From NCBI RefSeq assembly GCF_004010195.1, contig NC_057719.1, positions 11,603,216-11,664,461 on the forward strand: a DNA stretch of 61,246 nucleotides, in the 5' to 3' direction. The position numbers and the translations under genes are program-made. This DNA comes from Chiloscyllium plagiosum (lineage: Eukaryota). Positions 48,169-60,830 of the stretch are shown piece by piece. Positions within the stretch are counted from its first letter, which is position 1, and every line of letters starts with the position of its first letter. Under the pieces are notes generated by a model. It searched no databases. It saw only the letters and a program-made list of their open reading frames with translations, and was not told the origin of the DNA.

Positions 48169-49109
48169 TAGACCACCGGCTATGTACGTCAGTCTCTGTG
48201 TGGCGGAAATTACAACATTGAAGATACAGAGCTCACTCATCAATAGTGCCATACAGTGTTCCATAGTCTAAGGTGTGAAGTGGGCAGTTCCTGCATCTTG
48301 TGCAGGCAATGGGTAAATTACAAGTGATTGCTACTTTGGCAGCAGAGCTCAATCTTTCCAAGCAGACATTGTTATTGCAAAACTGGCATTAGTGGGTTCA
48401 TTCATTATCTTTTATGATATGGTCAGGAGTGTTTGCAACAAGGCATTGGACCACACATAGGAGGCTAATGTGGAAGGCTGACAAGGAGTGTATTGCTCAG
48501 AATTGTGTCTCAGCTTCTCTGTACAAGGGTCTGTGGAATGCTGGTGTCCTTTGAAGGGCCTTGCATCACTTGAACTTGAAGCCCCCTCCCTTACACAATG
48601 AAGGACTTACCCCTCCCACTCTGGGTGTGGTTACAGCCATTGTCACCTCCATTACACACTTCTTACATCCAGGACAATGGAAGACAACAGCAGATGTTCC
48701 TTGGACAGTGAGTTCTAGATCTCGTCTCAATAAACCCCTTAATGTAAGTGTCCCCTTCCTGGTAATCTTTCCTTAACTCATAGGTTTTGTACTTCCTCGA
48801 GTTCCCATCCAACTCATCTATCTGAGTCTGAAAATGCAGGTCCATTATTGCACTGTCCCCTCATGAAGGCTAAGGTGCTGTTTACCATCAACAAACCCTC
48901 CACTTCCTCATGACCCCTTTCCCTCCCATGTTCTATCATTTCTCCTCATTGATATTGGGTTGCCCCTCTTCAGCATTGTCATCATCTCTACCTCATATCA
49001 TTCTACCTCATATCATTCTGCCTCCAATCCTCACAATTAAGTTCCCCAGCCTCCTTCCCACACACCAGTTCCTTGATTAAACCCCCCCCCCCTTGACTTT
49101 TAGTGGACA

Positions 49110-49660
49110 GATCACCCAAAACTATTCGTGGCCAACCCTTTCTGCTCCAGCAAAGCCCAGTTTCAAGCTGGAAGAACAACACCTCATCTTCCATCTAGGT
49201 ACCTTACAGCTCTCAGGATTCAACACTGAGTTTTACAATTTCAGAGCGCTAACCTCTATATTCAATACCCATCCCAGGTTCTGGTCTGTATGGATTTCTC
49301 CCAGCACATTTAACCCATTTTCAACTATTCACAGTTCCAATATCAACTATTCAAAATTTACTTGTTCACCAGCGAACCTTTTGTCTGCTTTCTCCTCTCT
49401 CTCTCTCTCTCTCTCCCTCTCCCTCTCTCTATCCCTGGGCTCTCCCTCCATCAATAGGTCTCACTCCTTCGTCCCCACCCTAACCCATCACATCATCAGC
49501 ATAAATATTCCCACTTCCCAGCTGTTTTCAATGAAGGGTCATTGGACTCAAAATGTTAACTCTGTTTCCTTTTGCTACAGTTGCTGGCAGACCTGCTGAG
49601 TTTCTCCAGCATTCTCTGGTTTTGTTTCGGATTTCCAGCATCCGCGGCACATTGTTTTAT
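49110..49660 (+). mobile_element. PLE (family C) GIY-YIG C-terminus and pseudo-LTR, with a (CT)n tract
   Basis: KLEEQHLIFHLGTLQLSGFNTEF; degenerate ATGAAGGGTCATTGGACTCAAAATGTTAAC; TCCAGCATCCGC tail. Confidence 0.7.
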
Positions 49661-50746
49661 TACAGCAGAGGTCACATGTCTATAGGACATTAGGTGCATC
49701 CCAGGTTGTTTGCAAAAGGGAAGGCAGTGACACAGATAGGTTGACAGAGGTGGAAGGAGGACAGAGAAAGACAGAGACAAAGAGAAAGACAGTGATGTCA
49801 GTGAGAGAAAGAGAAAGAAAGACAGAAAAACAAAGGTAAAGAAGTGTGATATTGTACTGGCCCTGGTGGTGGGCGAGTAGGCAGGGGCCAGTAAACTCCT
49901 GGGCAACTGTTTTAGGAAGGTTTCCTGATGCATTCCAGACATCCACTGCTAAGTGCCACAAAAAGGAGGTGTCTCTTTGCATGTTTAGCAGTGGCAGTTA
50001 CCTCGGTGAGGTGAGCTTTTGGCCCTCTGATTGGGCCAGCAGTGTGGACAGCTTTAAGTGGATGAATGGCCAGCAGAAAGCCTGTTAGTCAGCCACTGCC
50101 AGAATTAGAATTAGAATTGATATTAGATTTTATTGTCATGTGCATTTGAGTAGAGGAATACGTGACTATAATGAAAAACGTACAAAGTGGGCATTCTCTA
50201 GAACCATCTTGGTTGCAAAATCAGAATTAAAAAAAAACAACAGCAGAAATAAAAGAGATCCAAAGGTAAGAAAAATGTCCAGATCTTAAAGTCTGAGTCT
50301 TATCTCCATAAAGGAGTTTGGAACCACCGATGTGGACATCCAGGTCTGACCATGGCCTGGAGTTAGGCCCAGGCCTGGAGTCTCAGTCAGCCTATAAGTT
50401 TTGCGTCGATCAGCAGGAGGAATCATGTTCTTAATGCTGCTGACGCTGCTGCCAGGCACCTCTGATCGCTGGAGGAGCTTTGTCACCGCCAGTCGCAGTT
50501 ACTAAGAAGAGCCGTATCCTTGCTGCTGTTACCACCTCCAATCACTGGGAGGAGCCATGTCATGGTCCCACTAGCCACAGGATGTGATCAGAAGTTGCAT
50601 ATAGTTCTGACATCAGGACTCTTCAGTGTAAGATAGAGCACAGTTGAAAGGAGAAAGACTGAGACAGGGAAAAGAACAATCAGAATGAGAGAGGCAGACT
50701 AAGCTAGATGATCAAAGGTGAGAGGGTGAGAGTGAAAAATGGTGTG

Positions 50747-51056
50747 AGATTAGATTCCCTGCAGTGTGGGAATTTGGCCCAACTAGTCCACACCAACCCT
50801 CCAAAAAGTAACCCATCCAGACCCACTCTCTTACATTTACCCCTGGCTAATGGACCTTATACTATGGGCAATTTAACATGGCCAATTCACTTGATCTGCA
50901 CATCTTTGGACCATAGGAGGAAACCGGAGCACCCGGAGGAAACCCATACAGACACGGGGAGAACGTCCAGACAGACAGTTGCCTGAGGCTGAAATTGAAC
51001 CTGGGTCCCTGGCACTATGAGGCAGTGGTGCTAACCACTGAGCTACTGTGTCGCCT
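50747..51056 (-). mobile_element. HE1-type V-SINE
   Basis: Head, V-domain and tail. Confidence 0.88.
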
Positions 51057-51799
51057 GATTAGGGAGAGAGAGACAGATAGGAAGTAATAGAGATAAGACA
51101 GATGCAAAGAGAAAGAGAAGGTAGATGTTGGAGATAGACAGATAGATCACAGCATAAAAAGCAAAAGAGAGAATGGACAAAATATTTGGTGGGAAGTGAG
51201 TCCCAGAAGGAATCTTCTTTTGAAGTAAGAAGAAATTAGTCTAATGAAGTTGCTCCAAGATATGGCAACATTTGACAATTAGTGTTTATAATTATTAATC
51301 CTGATGTTGAAATGTCCTTAATTATTTCCAATAAAAACTGTTAAAAAACGTATACTGGTTTTTGGAACTATATTTTGACATTTAATTATCAAGAAGGATA
51401 TTCAGTTCCCACTGAGAAACTATTTCTTGCTGATTTAAATCAATTGAATGAACATAATTGGGTCCACAGAGATTCTGAGTTGTGGAAATCTATTGAATTT
51501 ATTTCACTGTGGTGTTTACAGATGTGATGCATAGGAATTATAGCTCTCCTTTCTCACTAATTTAACAGTAGATTTTGCTTCAGCCAATATGTTCTGTAAG
51601 TTGGATTGTGTAGTGTATTATTGTCTATTCATATATGAAGTCTGAGTCACTAACAATCATCTTGAATGATCAGAGACAGGGAAATGTTAAAGCAGCTCTG
51701 GACACCTCAACTCACAATCTGTATTGTGCCCAGATTGTTCAGGCCTTTGCATTTCAAGGAGAAAAGGGGTGACTTTCAGAGTCTCAAGCTTCATAAGCA

Positions 51800-52118
51800 T
51801 AGAGTTCCTACAGTATGGCAGCAGGCCATGCAGCCCATTAAATTCACACCGACCCTCCAAACAGCATCCCATCCAGATCCATTCCATCTCTGTAACCCTA
51901 CATTTGCCATGGCTAATCCACTCAGCCTTCACTTTGCTGGACAAGTTAGCATGCACATTTTTGGACTGTGGGAGGAAATTGGAGAACCTAGAAGAAACCC
52001 ATGCAGACACAGGGAGAATGTACAAACTTCATATAGATAGTTGCCTGAGGCTGGAATCAAACCCAGATCCCTGGTGCTCTGAGGCAGCAGTGCTAACCAC
52101 TGAGCCACCTTGTTGCCC
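51800..52118 (-). mobile_element. HE1-type V-SINE
   Basis: Head, V-domain and tail. Confidence 0.88.
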
Positions 52119-52144
52119 TCATACCATAACAGATACCCTTTATG

Positions 52145-52239
52145 AGTTGAAAAATGTGGCGCTGGAAAAGAACAGCAGGTCAGGTATCATCCAAGGAGCA
52201 GGAAAATTGACTTTTCAGGCATAAGCCCTTCATCAGGAA
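52145..52239 (-). mobile_element. 95-bp PLE micro-insertion (hammerhead motif plus tail)
   Basis: TSD AGATACCCTTTATG (52131-52144) / AGATACCCTTTGTG (52240-52253); minus strand begins TTCCTGATGAAGGGCTTATGCCTGAAAAGTC. Confidence 0.8.
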
Positions 52240-52994
52240 AGATACCCTTTGTGCCAGATAGAAAATCTGGTCAGGGCCAGGAGAATACTCTTAAAACGCT
52301 TTCAAAGTGGTTACTTGCTACTTTCAGGTGTGTGCCCAGCGTTGACCTATCACCTCTTCCAAACTCATTGGAAAGTGGGACAAGGATTTGGGGAGAAGGT
52401 AGCAAAGAGTACAATAGGTGAATGGGGGGTGGGGATGGACGTGATAGGTCAGAGGGGACAAGTGGGACAAGCTGAGATTTAGGGGATGTGACATTAAGGC
52501 ATTAGTTGTCCGACCTCTTAAGCCAAATGGAAATCAGTCCATTCTTCTCAAGCCAGATTCTGCACTTTTTGTGGATGATGTTTTCCTTTAAAGGGATGAC
52601 AGCATATGCTGTTGCTTGCTCTGTTGACAAACGTCTCAGATATTAGGAGAGGGTTCAACACCAATTGGATACTTGATAGACAGAAACTGTGCAAAATACA
52701 TAGAAAATCTCTGGGCAAGTGCAAACTAATTGGAGGGTGTGCAAAATTTGGCCAATAAATTATAAGACCAGCCCATGATGGCCATTCTTAACTTCAGCTC
52801 CTCCTTGCAGGTCACTCCTTACAAAGAGATGCCTGGATTATTATTATTATTATAATTATTATTACAATTGCAAGCTGTCTTATGACCCTCCATTCCTTCT
52901 TTACTTAAAGTCTGTCCCTTTTGTCCTGAAGATGCACCTATTTGACTGGCTGGCAGCCTTCTGTCATTTTATCTTAGTGACCATTCTTCATTAT

Positions 52995-53256
52995 TGGTCC
53001 TGAATGGTGACTGGGTGGTGCAGGAAAAGCACAGCAGGTCAGGCAGCATCCGAGGAGCAGGAAGATTGATGTTTCAGGCAAAAGCCCTTCATCAGGAATA
53101 GAGGCAGGAAGCCTCCTGGGTGGAAAGATAAATGAGGGAGTGGGGCTGGGGAGAAGGTAGCAAAGGGTACAATAGGTGAATGGGGGTGGGGATGGAGGTG
53201 ACAGGTCAGAGGGGAGGGTGTAGGAAGATAGCAAAGAGTACAATAGGTGAATGGGA
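52995..53256 (-). mobile_element. PLE (family B) pseudo-LTR fragment with a hammerhead motif (~53066-53100)
   Basis: Minus strand ATTCCTGATGAAGGGCTTTTGCCTGAAACATC. Confidence 0.8.
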
Positions 53257-53310
53257 CTTAAAATTTCTGGTGTCTCGTTGTTTTCTAACTTGCCCATCAA
53301 TTCTCAAAAT

Positions 53311-53647
53311 ATTAGATTAGATTAGGTTAGATTACTTTACAGCGCAGTACAGGCCCTTTGGCCCTTGATGTTGCGCCGATCCAAGCCCACCTAACCTCCA
53401 TATACCTATCCTCTATCCTCCATATACCTATCCAATGCCCGCTTAAATGCCTATAAAGAGGGAGAGTCCACCACTGCTACTGGCAGGGCATTGTTGGACT
53501 CTCCCTCTTTATGGGCATTTAAGCGGGCATTGGATAGGTATATGGAGGATAGTGGGTTAGTATAGGTTAGGTGGGCTTGGATCGGCGCAACATCGAGGGC
53601 CAAAGGGCCTGTACTGCGCTGTATTCTTCTATGTTCTATGTTCTATA
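53311..53647. repeat. Fold-back of a CR1 3' end (arms 53338-53470 and 53495-53623)
   Basis: TACAGCGCAGTACAGGCCCTTTGGCCC...GGGAGAGTCCA opposite TGGACTCTCCC...GGGCCAAAGGGCCTGTACTGCGCTGTA. Confidence 0.92.
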
Positions 53648-54336
53648 TCCCTGGTGGTGGGGTCTGTTTGGAAGTGGCGGAAATGTCGTCGGATGATTTG
53701 GTTTATGTGAAGGTTAGTAGGGTGGAAGGTGAGGACCGGGGGGTTCTGTCCTTGTTACGGTTGGAAGGGTGGGGTTTGAGGGCGGAGGTGTGGGATGTGG
53801 ATGAGATGAGTTGGAGAGCATCTTCAACCACGTGAGAAGGGAAATTACGATCTCTAAAGAAGGAGGCCATCTGGTGTGTTCTGTGGTGGAACTGGTCCTC
53901 CTGGGAGCAGATAAGGCAGAGGCAGAGGAATTGGAACTACAGGATGGCATTTTTGCAGGAGGTAGGGTGGGAAGAAGTGTAATCTAGGTAGTTGTGGGAG
54001 TCGGTAGGTTTGCAAAGGTGCTGCAGAGCGCTTCAGGGAACACCCCTATTCACCTATTCTTTGCTACCTTCCCCCACCATCCTCTCTGACCTATCACCTC
54101 CAACCACCACCAGTCACCTATCGTACTCTTTGCTACCTTCTCCCCAGCCCCGCTCCCCCCTCCCCCCCAATTTATCTCTCCAGCCTGGAGGCTTCCTGCC
54201 TCTATTCCTGATGAAGGGCTTTTGTCCGAAAAGTCGATTTTCCTGCTCCTTGGACGCTGCCTGACCTGCTGTGCTTTTCCAGCACCACTCTGATCTAAAC
54301 GCTGGTTTCCAGCATCTGCAGTCCTCACTTTTGCCT
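53648..54336. mobile_element. PLE (family B): RT-distal fragment (-, 53648-54012) and pseudo-LTR with hammerhead motif (+, ~54040-54336)
   Basis: The minus part resembles ~24955-25288; the plus part has ATTCCTGATGAAGGGCTTTTGTCCGAAAAGTCGATTT and a complete tail. Confidence 0.85.
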
Positions 54337-54384
54337 GGATAGGGACTGTATACCAGCTATTTAAGTATAGTAGACATTGAAACA

Positions 54385-55830
54385 GGAGAACATAGGAACA
54401 TAAGAACCATCCCCTTCATAATTTTATATGTTTCTATAAGATCCCCCTTCATCCTTCTAAATTCCAATGATTATAATCCCAGTCTACTCACTTCCTCCTC
54501 ATAAGACAACCTAGCGAACCTCCTCTGCACCCCCTCTACTGCCAATATATCCTTTCTCAGGTAAGAGGAGCAAACTGCAAGCAGTACTCCAATTGTGGCC
54601 TCACCAGCACCTTGTGCAGCTGGAACATAACCTCCCTGCTTTTAAACTCAACCCCTTTAGCAATGAACGACAAAATTCCATTTGCCTTCTTAATTTCCTT
54701 TTGCATCTGCAGACCAATCTTCTGTGATTCATCTCCCTCTGCACAGCAACATGCTGCATTTTTTACCATTCAAATAATTGACCTTTTTACTGTTATTTTA
54801 CTGTTATGGATGACTTCACACTTATTAACATTGTACTCCATCTGCAGACCTTTGCCCACTCACTTAACCTATCTATGCCCCTCTACAAAGTTTCACAGTC
54901 CTCTGCCCACTTTCCTCTACCGCTCATCTTAGTGTCATCCTACACATGATCCCCAACTCCAAATCATTTATGTAAGTTGTGAAAAATTGTAGTCCCAACA
55001 CTGGTCCCTGAGGCACACCACTAGTCACTGATTGCCAATGAGACAAGTACTTATTTATCCCCACTTTTTGCTTCCTATTAGTTAACTAATCCATGCTAAT
55101 ACGTTACCAGTAGTGCATGCACCTTTATCTTATGCAGCAGCCTTTTGTGCAGCACCTTGTCGAATGCCTTTTGGAAATCTAGATACACTATATCTACTGT
55201 GTTCCTGTTGTCCACTGTGTTCATAATGCCTTCATAGAATTCCAGTAGATTAGTTAAGTATGACCTGCCTTTCATGAACACATGTTGCGTCTGCCCAACA
55301 GGACAATTTCTATCTGGATGTCTGGCTGTTTCTTTCTTGATAACACATTTAAGCATCTTCCCCAGTTAAACTAACTTGTCTACAAATCCCCATCTTTTAT
55401 CTTACTCCTTTTTTAAACAATGGAGTCACATTTGCTATTTTCCAATCTGCTGGAACTGCCCCAGAGTCGAGCGAATATTGGAAAATTACCACAAGTGCAT
55501 TTAGAGTGATTCTCCCACCATCTCTTTTAGTACTCTGGGATGCATTTCATCAGGGCCAGGAGACTTGCCTACCTTTAGCTCTGTTAGCTTACCCAACATT
55601 ACCTCTTTCGTGATAATGATCGTTTCAGGTCCTCTCCTACCTTCATCTCTTTGTCAATTACGTTATTTGAGTCCTCCACTGTGAAGACTGGCACAAAATA
55701 CCTGCTCAATGCTTTGGCCATTTCCTCATATCCTATTACTAAATTTCCCTTCTTATCCTGTAAAGGACCAATTTTTTACCTTAGCCACTTTTTATGTATT
55801 TATAGAAACGTTTGCTATCTGTCTCAACCC
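54385..55830 (-). mobile_element. CR1 LINE ORF2 (RT) fragment with deletions
   Basis: QHVFMKGRSYLTNLLEFYE...VYLDFQKAFDKV; LVRPQLEYC. Confidence 0.9.
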
Positions 55831-55909
55831 CTCAGACCCAATCTGCCATTCAATCAGATCATGACTGATCTATATCTCAAATCCATTGTTCGATAATTGC
55901 TGATACACT

Positions 55910-56135
55910 TAGAATCATAGCCTCCCTACAGTGTGGAAGCAGGCCATTCAGCCCATCGAGTCCACAATCACCCTCCAAAGAGCATCCCATCCAGATCCAC
56001 CCCACCCTATCCCCACACCCCCATTTCCGATGAGGGAGATTGTGCAAACTCCACAGAGATAGTCACCCAAGGCTGGAATCAGTCCCTGGCGCTGTGAGGC
56101 AGCAATACTAACCACTGACCCACATGTCGCTCCTA
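55910..56135 (-). mobile_element. Internally deleted HE1 SINE, inserted in an older CR1 3' fragment (~55830-56520)
   Basis: The tail is joined directly to the head region. Confidence 0.75.
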
Positions 56136-56824
56136 CCACATATCAATCTGAGACTTAAAAGTCTCCAACTATTGTCGCCTCCCCAGTCCTTTTGAGGAGT
56201 GAGTCAAGATTCTTCTTAGGAAGAAGTAATTCTGTATTTCAATCCTAAATGGCCAAACTCTAAGTTTATGATTCTGGCCCCTTGTTTTGGATATCTCTAT
56301 TAGAGATAATAGTTCCTGTGCAATTATCTTTTTGAATTCTTAATAACTTGAACATCTTGATTAGGTTTTCCCCAAAACCTTCACATCCGAGGCAAAATAA
56401 GGCAGGTTTATCCTCATAATGAAACCCTTCATATCCCAGCGTCACTTATAAATCATTCTCCTTCCAAGACCAAGATACTTTTCCTGAGACTTTGGTGCCT
56501 GAGACAAAACACAGGAGTCCAGATTTATTTTTCTGGAATTCATCTCTCAAGTCTCTTCTTTAGTCTAGCAATATAACATTTGAAATAACTCATCTCCATC
56601 ACCATTGCAACAAAGTCTTCTGCAATCTCTTCAGAGCCATGACATCCTTCCTAACATGGTGGCTAGAAGCATAAAACTCCTGGTGAAGCCTATAATGTTT
56701 TATAAGTATTTAGTCACATTTCCTTGTTTCTGTGCTGCATAGCTGTATGAAACCAAAATTCTCAAATACTTTTTTTTAACATCCTTTTATTCTTGGCTTA
56801 TCTATTTTTATAGTTGTGATTTTT

Positions 56825-57168
56825 TTCCAATTCATTCTTGGGATGAGGGCATCACTGGCTAGGCCAGCATTCATAGGCTAACCATAATTGCCCAAAGGGC
56901 AACTACATTGCTGTAGGTCTAGAGTCACATGTAGGGCAGACCTAGTTAGGATGGCAGTTTCACTCCCTAAAGGACATTGGTGAACCAGATGGCTTCTTCC
57001 CCAGCAATCAACTATGGTTTCATGGTCATTAGACTCTTAACTCCAGATGTTTGTTGAATTCAAATTCTACCATCTGCTGTAGCAGGATTTGAACCCAGGT
57101 CCCCATAACATTACCTGCGTCTCTTGATCAATAACCCAGTGTTAATACTGCTAGGCCATTGCCTCCCA
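56825..57168 (-). mobile_element. CR1/L2-tailed repeat
   Basis: Same family as 10948-11252. Confidence 0.7.
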
Positions 57169-58471
57169 CTCACCTATTACGTTTCCCTTTTCGAGATTTC
57201 CTCATTACATTTTAGATTGGGTCTCTACTAAGAGCCTTATATTTCTAATTATTTTGTCGCATCTCATTGTTTATATCTTTTGTCACTCAGAGAGTTTCAG
57301 AACTGGATATTCTTCCTTTCCTGCTTCTGGATTGTATCTATCCTATACCTAAATCATTGTCACTTTGAAAATCTGACATATTACAACTTTTGATTAAAAT
57401 CTTCCAATTCAGTACTACTATATTTAATATTTCCTTGACCTTTTCCACTATAATTCTAAACTGATAATGTTAGGGCCACTGCAGCAATCAATGATTTCCC
57501 TTGAAAATATACTCTGCTCGTCCTGTTTCCTTTCCAGAGTTAATCCATCTGTTTCCTTCCTTTAGCTGTAATTAAGTCTTAGCAGCCTGAAATGTTGGGT
57601 AGAACTTTATTGAGACATTGGTAGTCTCATCTATCAGCCAGTGAGAGTCTTGCATTACCTGTGTATAGGAAGGTTCATCTACCTTTAAGAAAAAGGTAGT
57701 GTCAAGGCCATCAATGAACCATACCCTGGAATCAAGATCTGAAGGGGCAGACAGCCTTCCTTAACGAGGGCTGCTGGCCAATTAGAGGTTGTGTTAGGCT
57801 GTGAATGGGAGGACAAGGATAATATACTTTGAACTGTTCTTCCAAAAGATTCCTGAATCCAGGTTTTGATTCAAAACTCTCCTCTAGGGCTGTGAACTAG
57901 CTGAAAATTGTAAATCGCAATTGATTACACTTCACAATAGTCTCAGCCTGATTGGGAGTCTTGCTAAACAATATGTTAGCACACACTCCTTTGTCACCAT
58001 CCACCAAACTGTATGACTCACCAAAAACCTCCAGGAGAGTGATGGAGTATTCATTTTCTGGATGGGTGCATTTAATAACACTCAAGACATTCAATAAAAT
58101 TCAGGACAAAGCAAGTAATTATTATTAGCATTGCATCCCTTCGTTTGAAAAACTGATCCCTCTTTTTCTTATTCATTCTTGGGGTGTAGATGTCGCTGCC
58201 TGGGACAGAAATTATTGCACATCCCTAATTGTTCTGGAGAAACTGGTTGTGAACTGCCTTCTTGATCTATTGCAGTTCATGGGGTATTTGGTCACCTGGA
58301 GTGCTGTTAGGAAAAGAGTTAGGACATTGACCATTAACATTGAAAGAAAGGCAATACAGTTTTAAGCCAGGATGATATATGAGTTGGAAGAGAAGGTGGT
58401 GTTGCCATCTGCTGCCCTTGTGCTTTCAAGTGGTGAAGAGACTGGAAGTTTAAGGTGGTGAATGGGTCATG

Positions 58472-58826
58472 CATCAATGTGGACTTCAACAGCTTCCTCA
58501 TTTCCCCTTCCCCCACCTCATCCTAGTTTCAAACTTCCAGCTCAGCATTGTCCCCATGACTTGTCCAGACTTGTCCGACCTGCCTAGCTCCTTTTCCACC
58601 TATCCACTCCACCCTCTCCTCCATGATCTATCACCTTCATCTCCTCCCCCACTCACCCATTGTACTCTATGCTACTCTCTCCCCACCCCCACCCTCCCCT
58701 AGCTTATCTCTCCATGCTTCAGGCTCACTGCCTTTATTCCTGATTCGGGCTTTTGCCCAAAACGTTGATTTCGCTGCTCGTTGGATGCTGCCTGAACTGC
58801 TGTGCTCTTCCAGCACCACTGATCCA
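58472..58826 (+). mobile_element. PLE (family B) 3' end inserted in a CR1/L2-clade LINE
   Basis: TSD GAATGGGTCATG (58460-58471 and 58827-58838); hammerhead core mutated (CTGATTC...CAAA). Confidence 0.85.
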
Positions 58827-59039
58827 GAATGGGTCATGTATGCCAATCAAGCAAAATGCTTTGTCCTGAATCATGTCAAGCTTCTTGAGTACTCTTGTAG
58901 CTGTACTCATCCAGGCAAATGGATAGTGTCCCATCACTGTCCTGTGTATGCTTGCTTTTGTAACCATAGCATTTACAGTATATGGCTGGTTCAATTCAGT
59001 CTCTGGATAATAATTCAACATCTCCCAAAATTAACATCC

Positions 59040-60130
59040 TGGGGTAATTATTGACCAGCAATTGAACTGGACTAGCCATATTGATTCAGTGGCTACAAGT
59101 GTTTGAGGTCAGGAGCAAAGAATCCTGCAACACGTAACTCATCTCCTGACATCCAAAGCCTGTGAATCATCTACAAGGCACAAGTTGGGAATGTGATCAA
59201 ACACACCCCACTTGCCTTGATGGGTGCAGCTCCAATGACACTCAAGAAGCTCAACTCCACTGGTTGGAGATATTCCTGGCACATACGAAGATGGTTGTGT
59301 TTGTTGGAGGTCGGTCATCTCAGCTCCAGATCATCTCTGCCAGAGTTCCTCACAGTAATGTCCTAAGCCCAACCATCTTTAGCTGCTTCGTCAATTACCT
59401 TGTCTCTGTCATAAGGTCAGAAATTGGGATGTTTGCCGACGATTGTGTGATGTTCAGCACCATTCGCAACTACTCAGATACTGAAGCAGTCCATGTTCAA
59501 ATGCAAAACGATCTGGGCAATATCAAGGCTTGGGCTGACAAATGACAATTTACTCCACACAAATGCCACGTAATGACCATCTTCTATAAGAAACAATCTA
59601 ACCACTGCCTCTTGACATTCAATGGTGTTAGCATTACTGAATCCCCTCCATCAACATCCTGTGGGTTACATTGACTCGACAGGACTACCACTAATACAGT
59701 GGCTCCAAAAGCAGGACAAAGGCAAGGAACACTGCAGCAAAAGATTTTCCATCATCTACAAGGCACAAGACAGAAGTATGATGGAATATGCACCACATCC
59801 ACAAGCACTCCACCATGACGCTCAATAGCAATAGCATGTACTACCTAACAAATGTATTTTAGAAATTCACCAAAACCCCTTGGACTGACCCTTCCAAATC
59901 CATGACCACTTCCATCTAGAAGGACAACAGAAAAAGATATATGGGAAAACATCATTGGCAAGTTCCCCTCCAAGGCACTAATCATCCTGACTTGGAAATA
60001 TATCACTGTTCCTTCACTGTTGCTGGGTCAAAATCCTGGAATTCCCTCCCTAAGGGCATTGTAGGTATACATATACCACATCGACTGCAGTGGTTCAAGA
60101 AGGCAGTTCATCTTCTCACAAAACACCCAG
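59040..60130 (+). mobile_element. CR1-clade LINE RT and 3' fragments
   Basis: VPHSNVLSPTIFSCFVN...MFADDC...QNDLGNIKAWADK; SKSWNSLP. Confidence 0.85.
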
Positions 60131-60499
60131 GTCGCATGACTTAAAAATTTTTTTTCGAGAAAATGCAATCAGCTTACTTGGCACCTCATTCACCACCTTC
60201 AACATTGAACATTGTATAGCATCTACTGAATGCACTGCAGTAACTCAACAAGTCTCTTTGGACAGCCCGTTTTAATACCATGACCTCTACTATAAAGAAG
60301 GACAAGGAAAGCAGATCTCCAACTGTGAGTTACACTCCAAGAACAACATCATCTTGTCTTGGGAACATACTGCCATTCCTCCTGTGTTGCTGGTTTAACA
60401 TCCAGATTTCATTGTGGGTGTTCTTACATCCCATGGACTGCAATGATTTGCAAAAATATTTCACCACCACCTTCGGCTTAGAGTTTTTTATCCAAAGAA

Positions 60500-60830
60500 T
60501 CCTTGCAGTGTGGAAACAGGCTATTCGGCCCAACAGGTCCATACCTACTCTCCAAAGAACATCCAACTCATATTCATCCCATCCCCCCAGCCCCACCCTA
60601 TCCCTGTAACCCTGCATTTCCCATGGCTTGGGCCCGAACTGACCCTCCAAAGAACAACCTACCCAGCACCCCGTCTGCATCACCGTGCATCAACCATGGC
60701 TAATCCACCTAGCCTACACATCCCTGGACACAATGGGCAGCATGGTGGCTCTGGTGGGCAGCACGGTGGCTCAGTGGTTAGCACTGCTGCCTCACCACAC
60801 CAGGGTTACAGGTTTGATTCCAACCTCGAG
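60500..60830. mobile_element. HE1 SINE 3' part (-) abutting a SINE head (+) with a duplicated first ~21 bp
   Basis: TGGGCAGCATGGTGGCTCTGG TGGGCAGCACGGTGGCTCAGTGG. Confidence 0.75.

Noticed and set aside
52837..52865. (TTA)n tract
   Set aside because: Ordinary microsatellite, not a telomeric repeat.
58736..58772. Functional hammerhead in this PLE copy
   Set aside because: Both core boxes are mutated (CTGATTC, CAAA).
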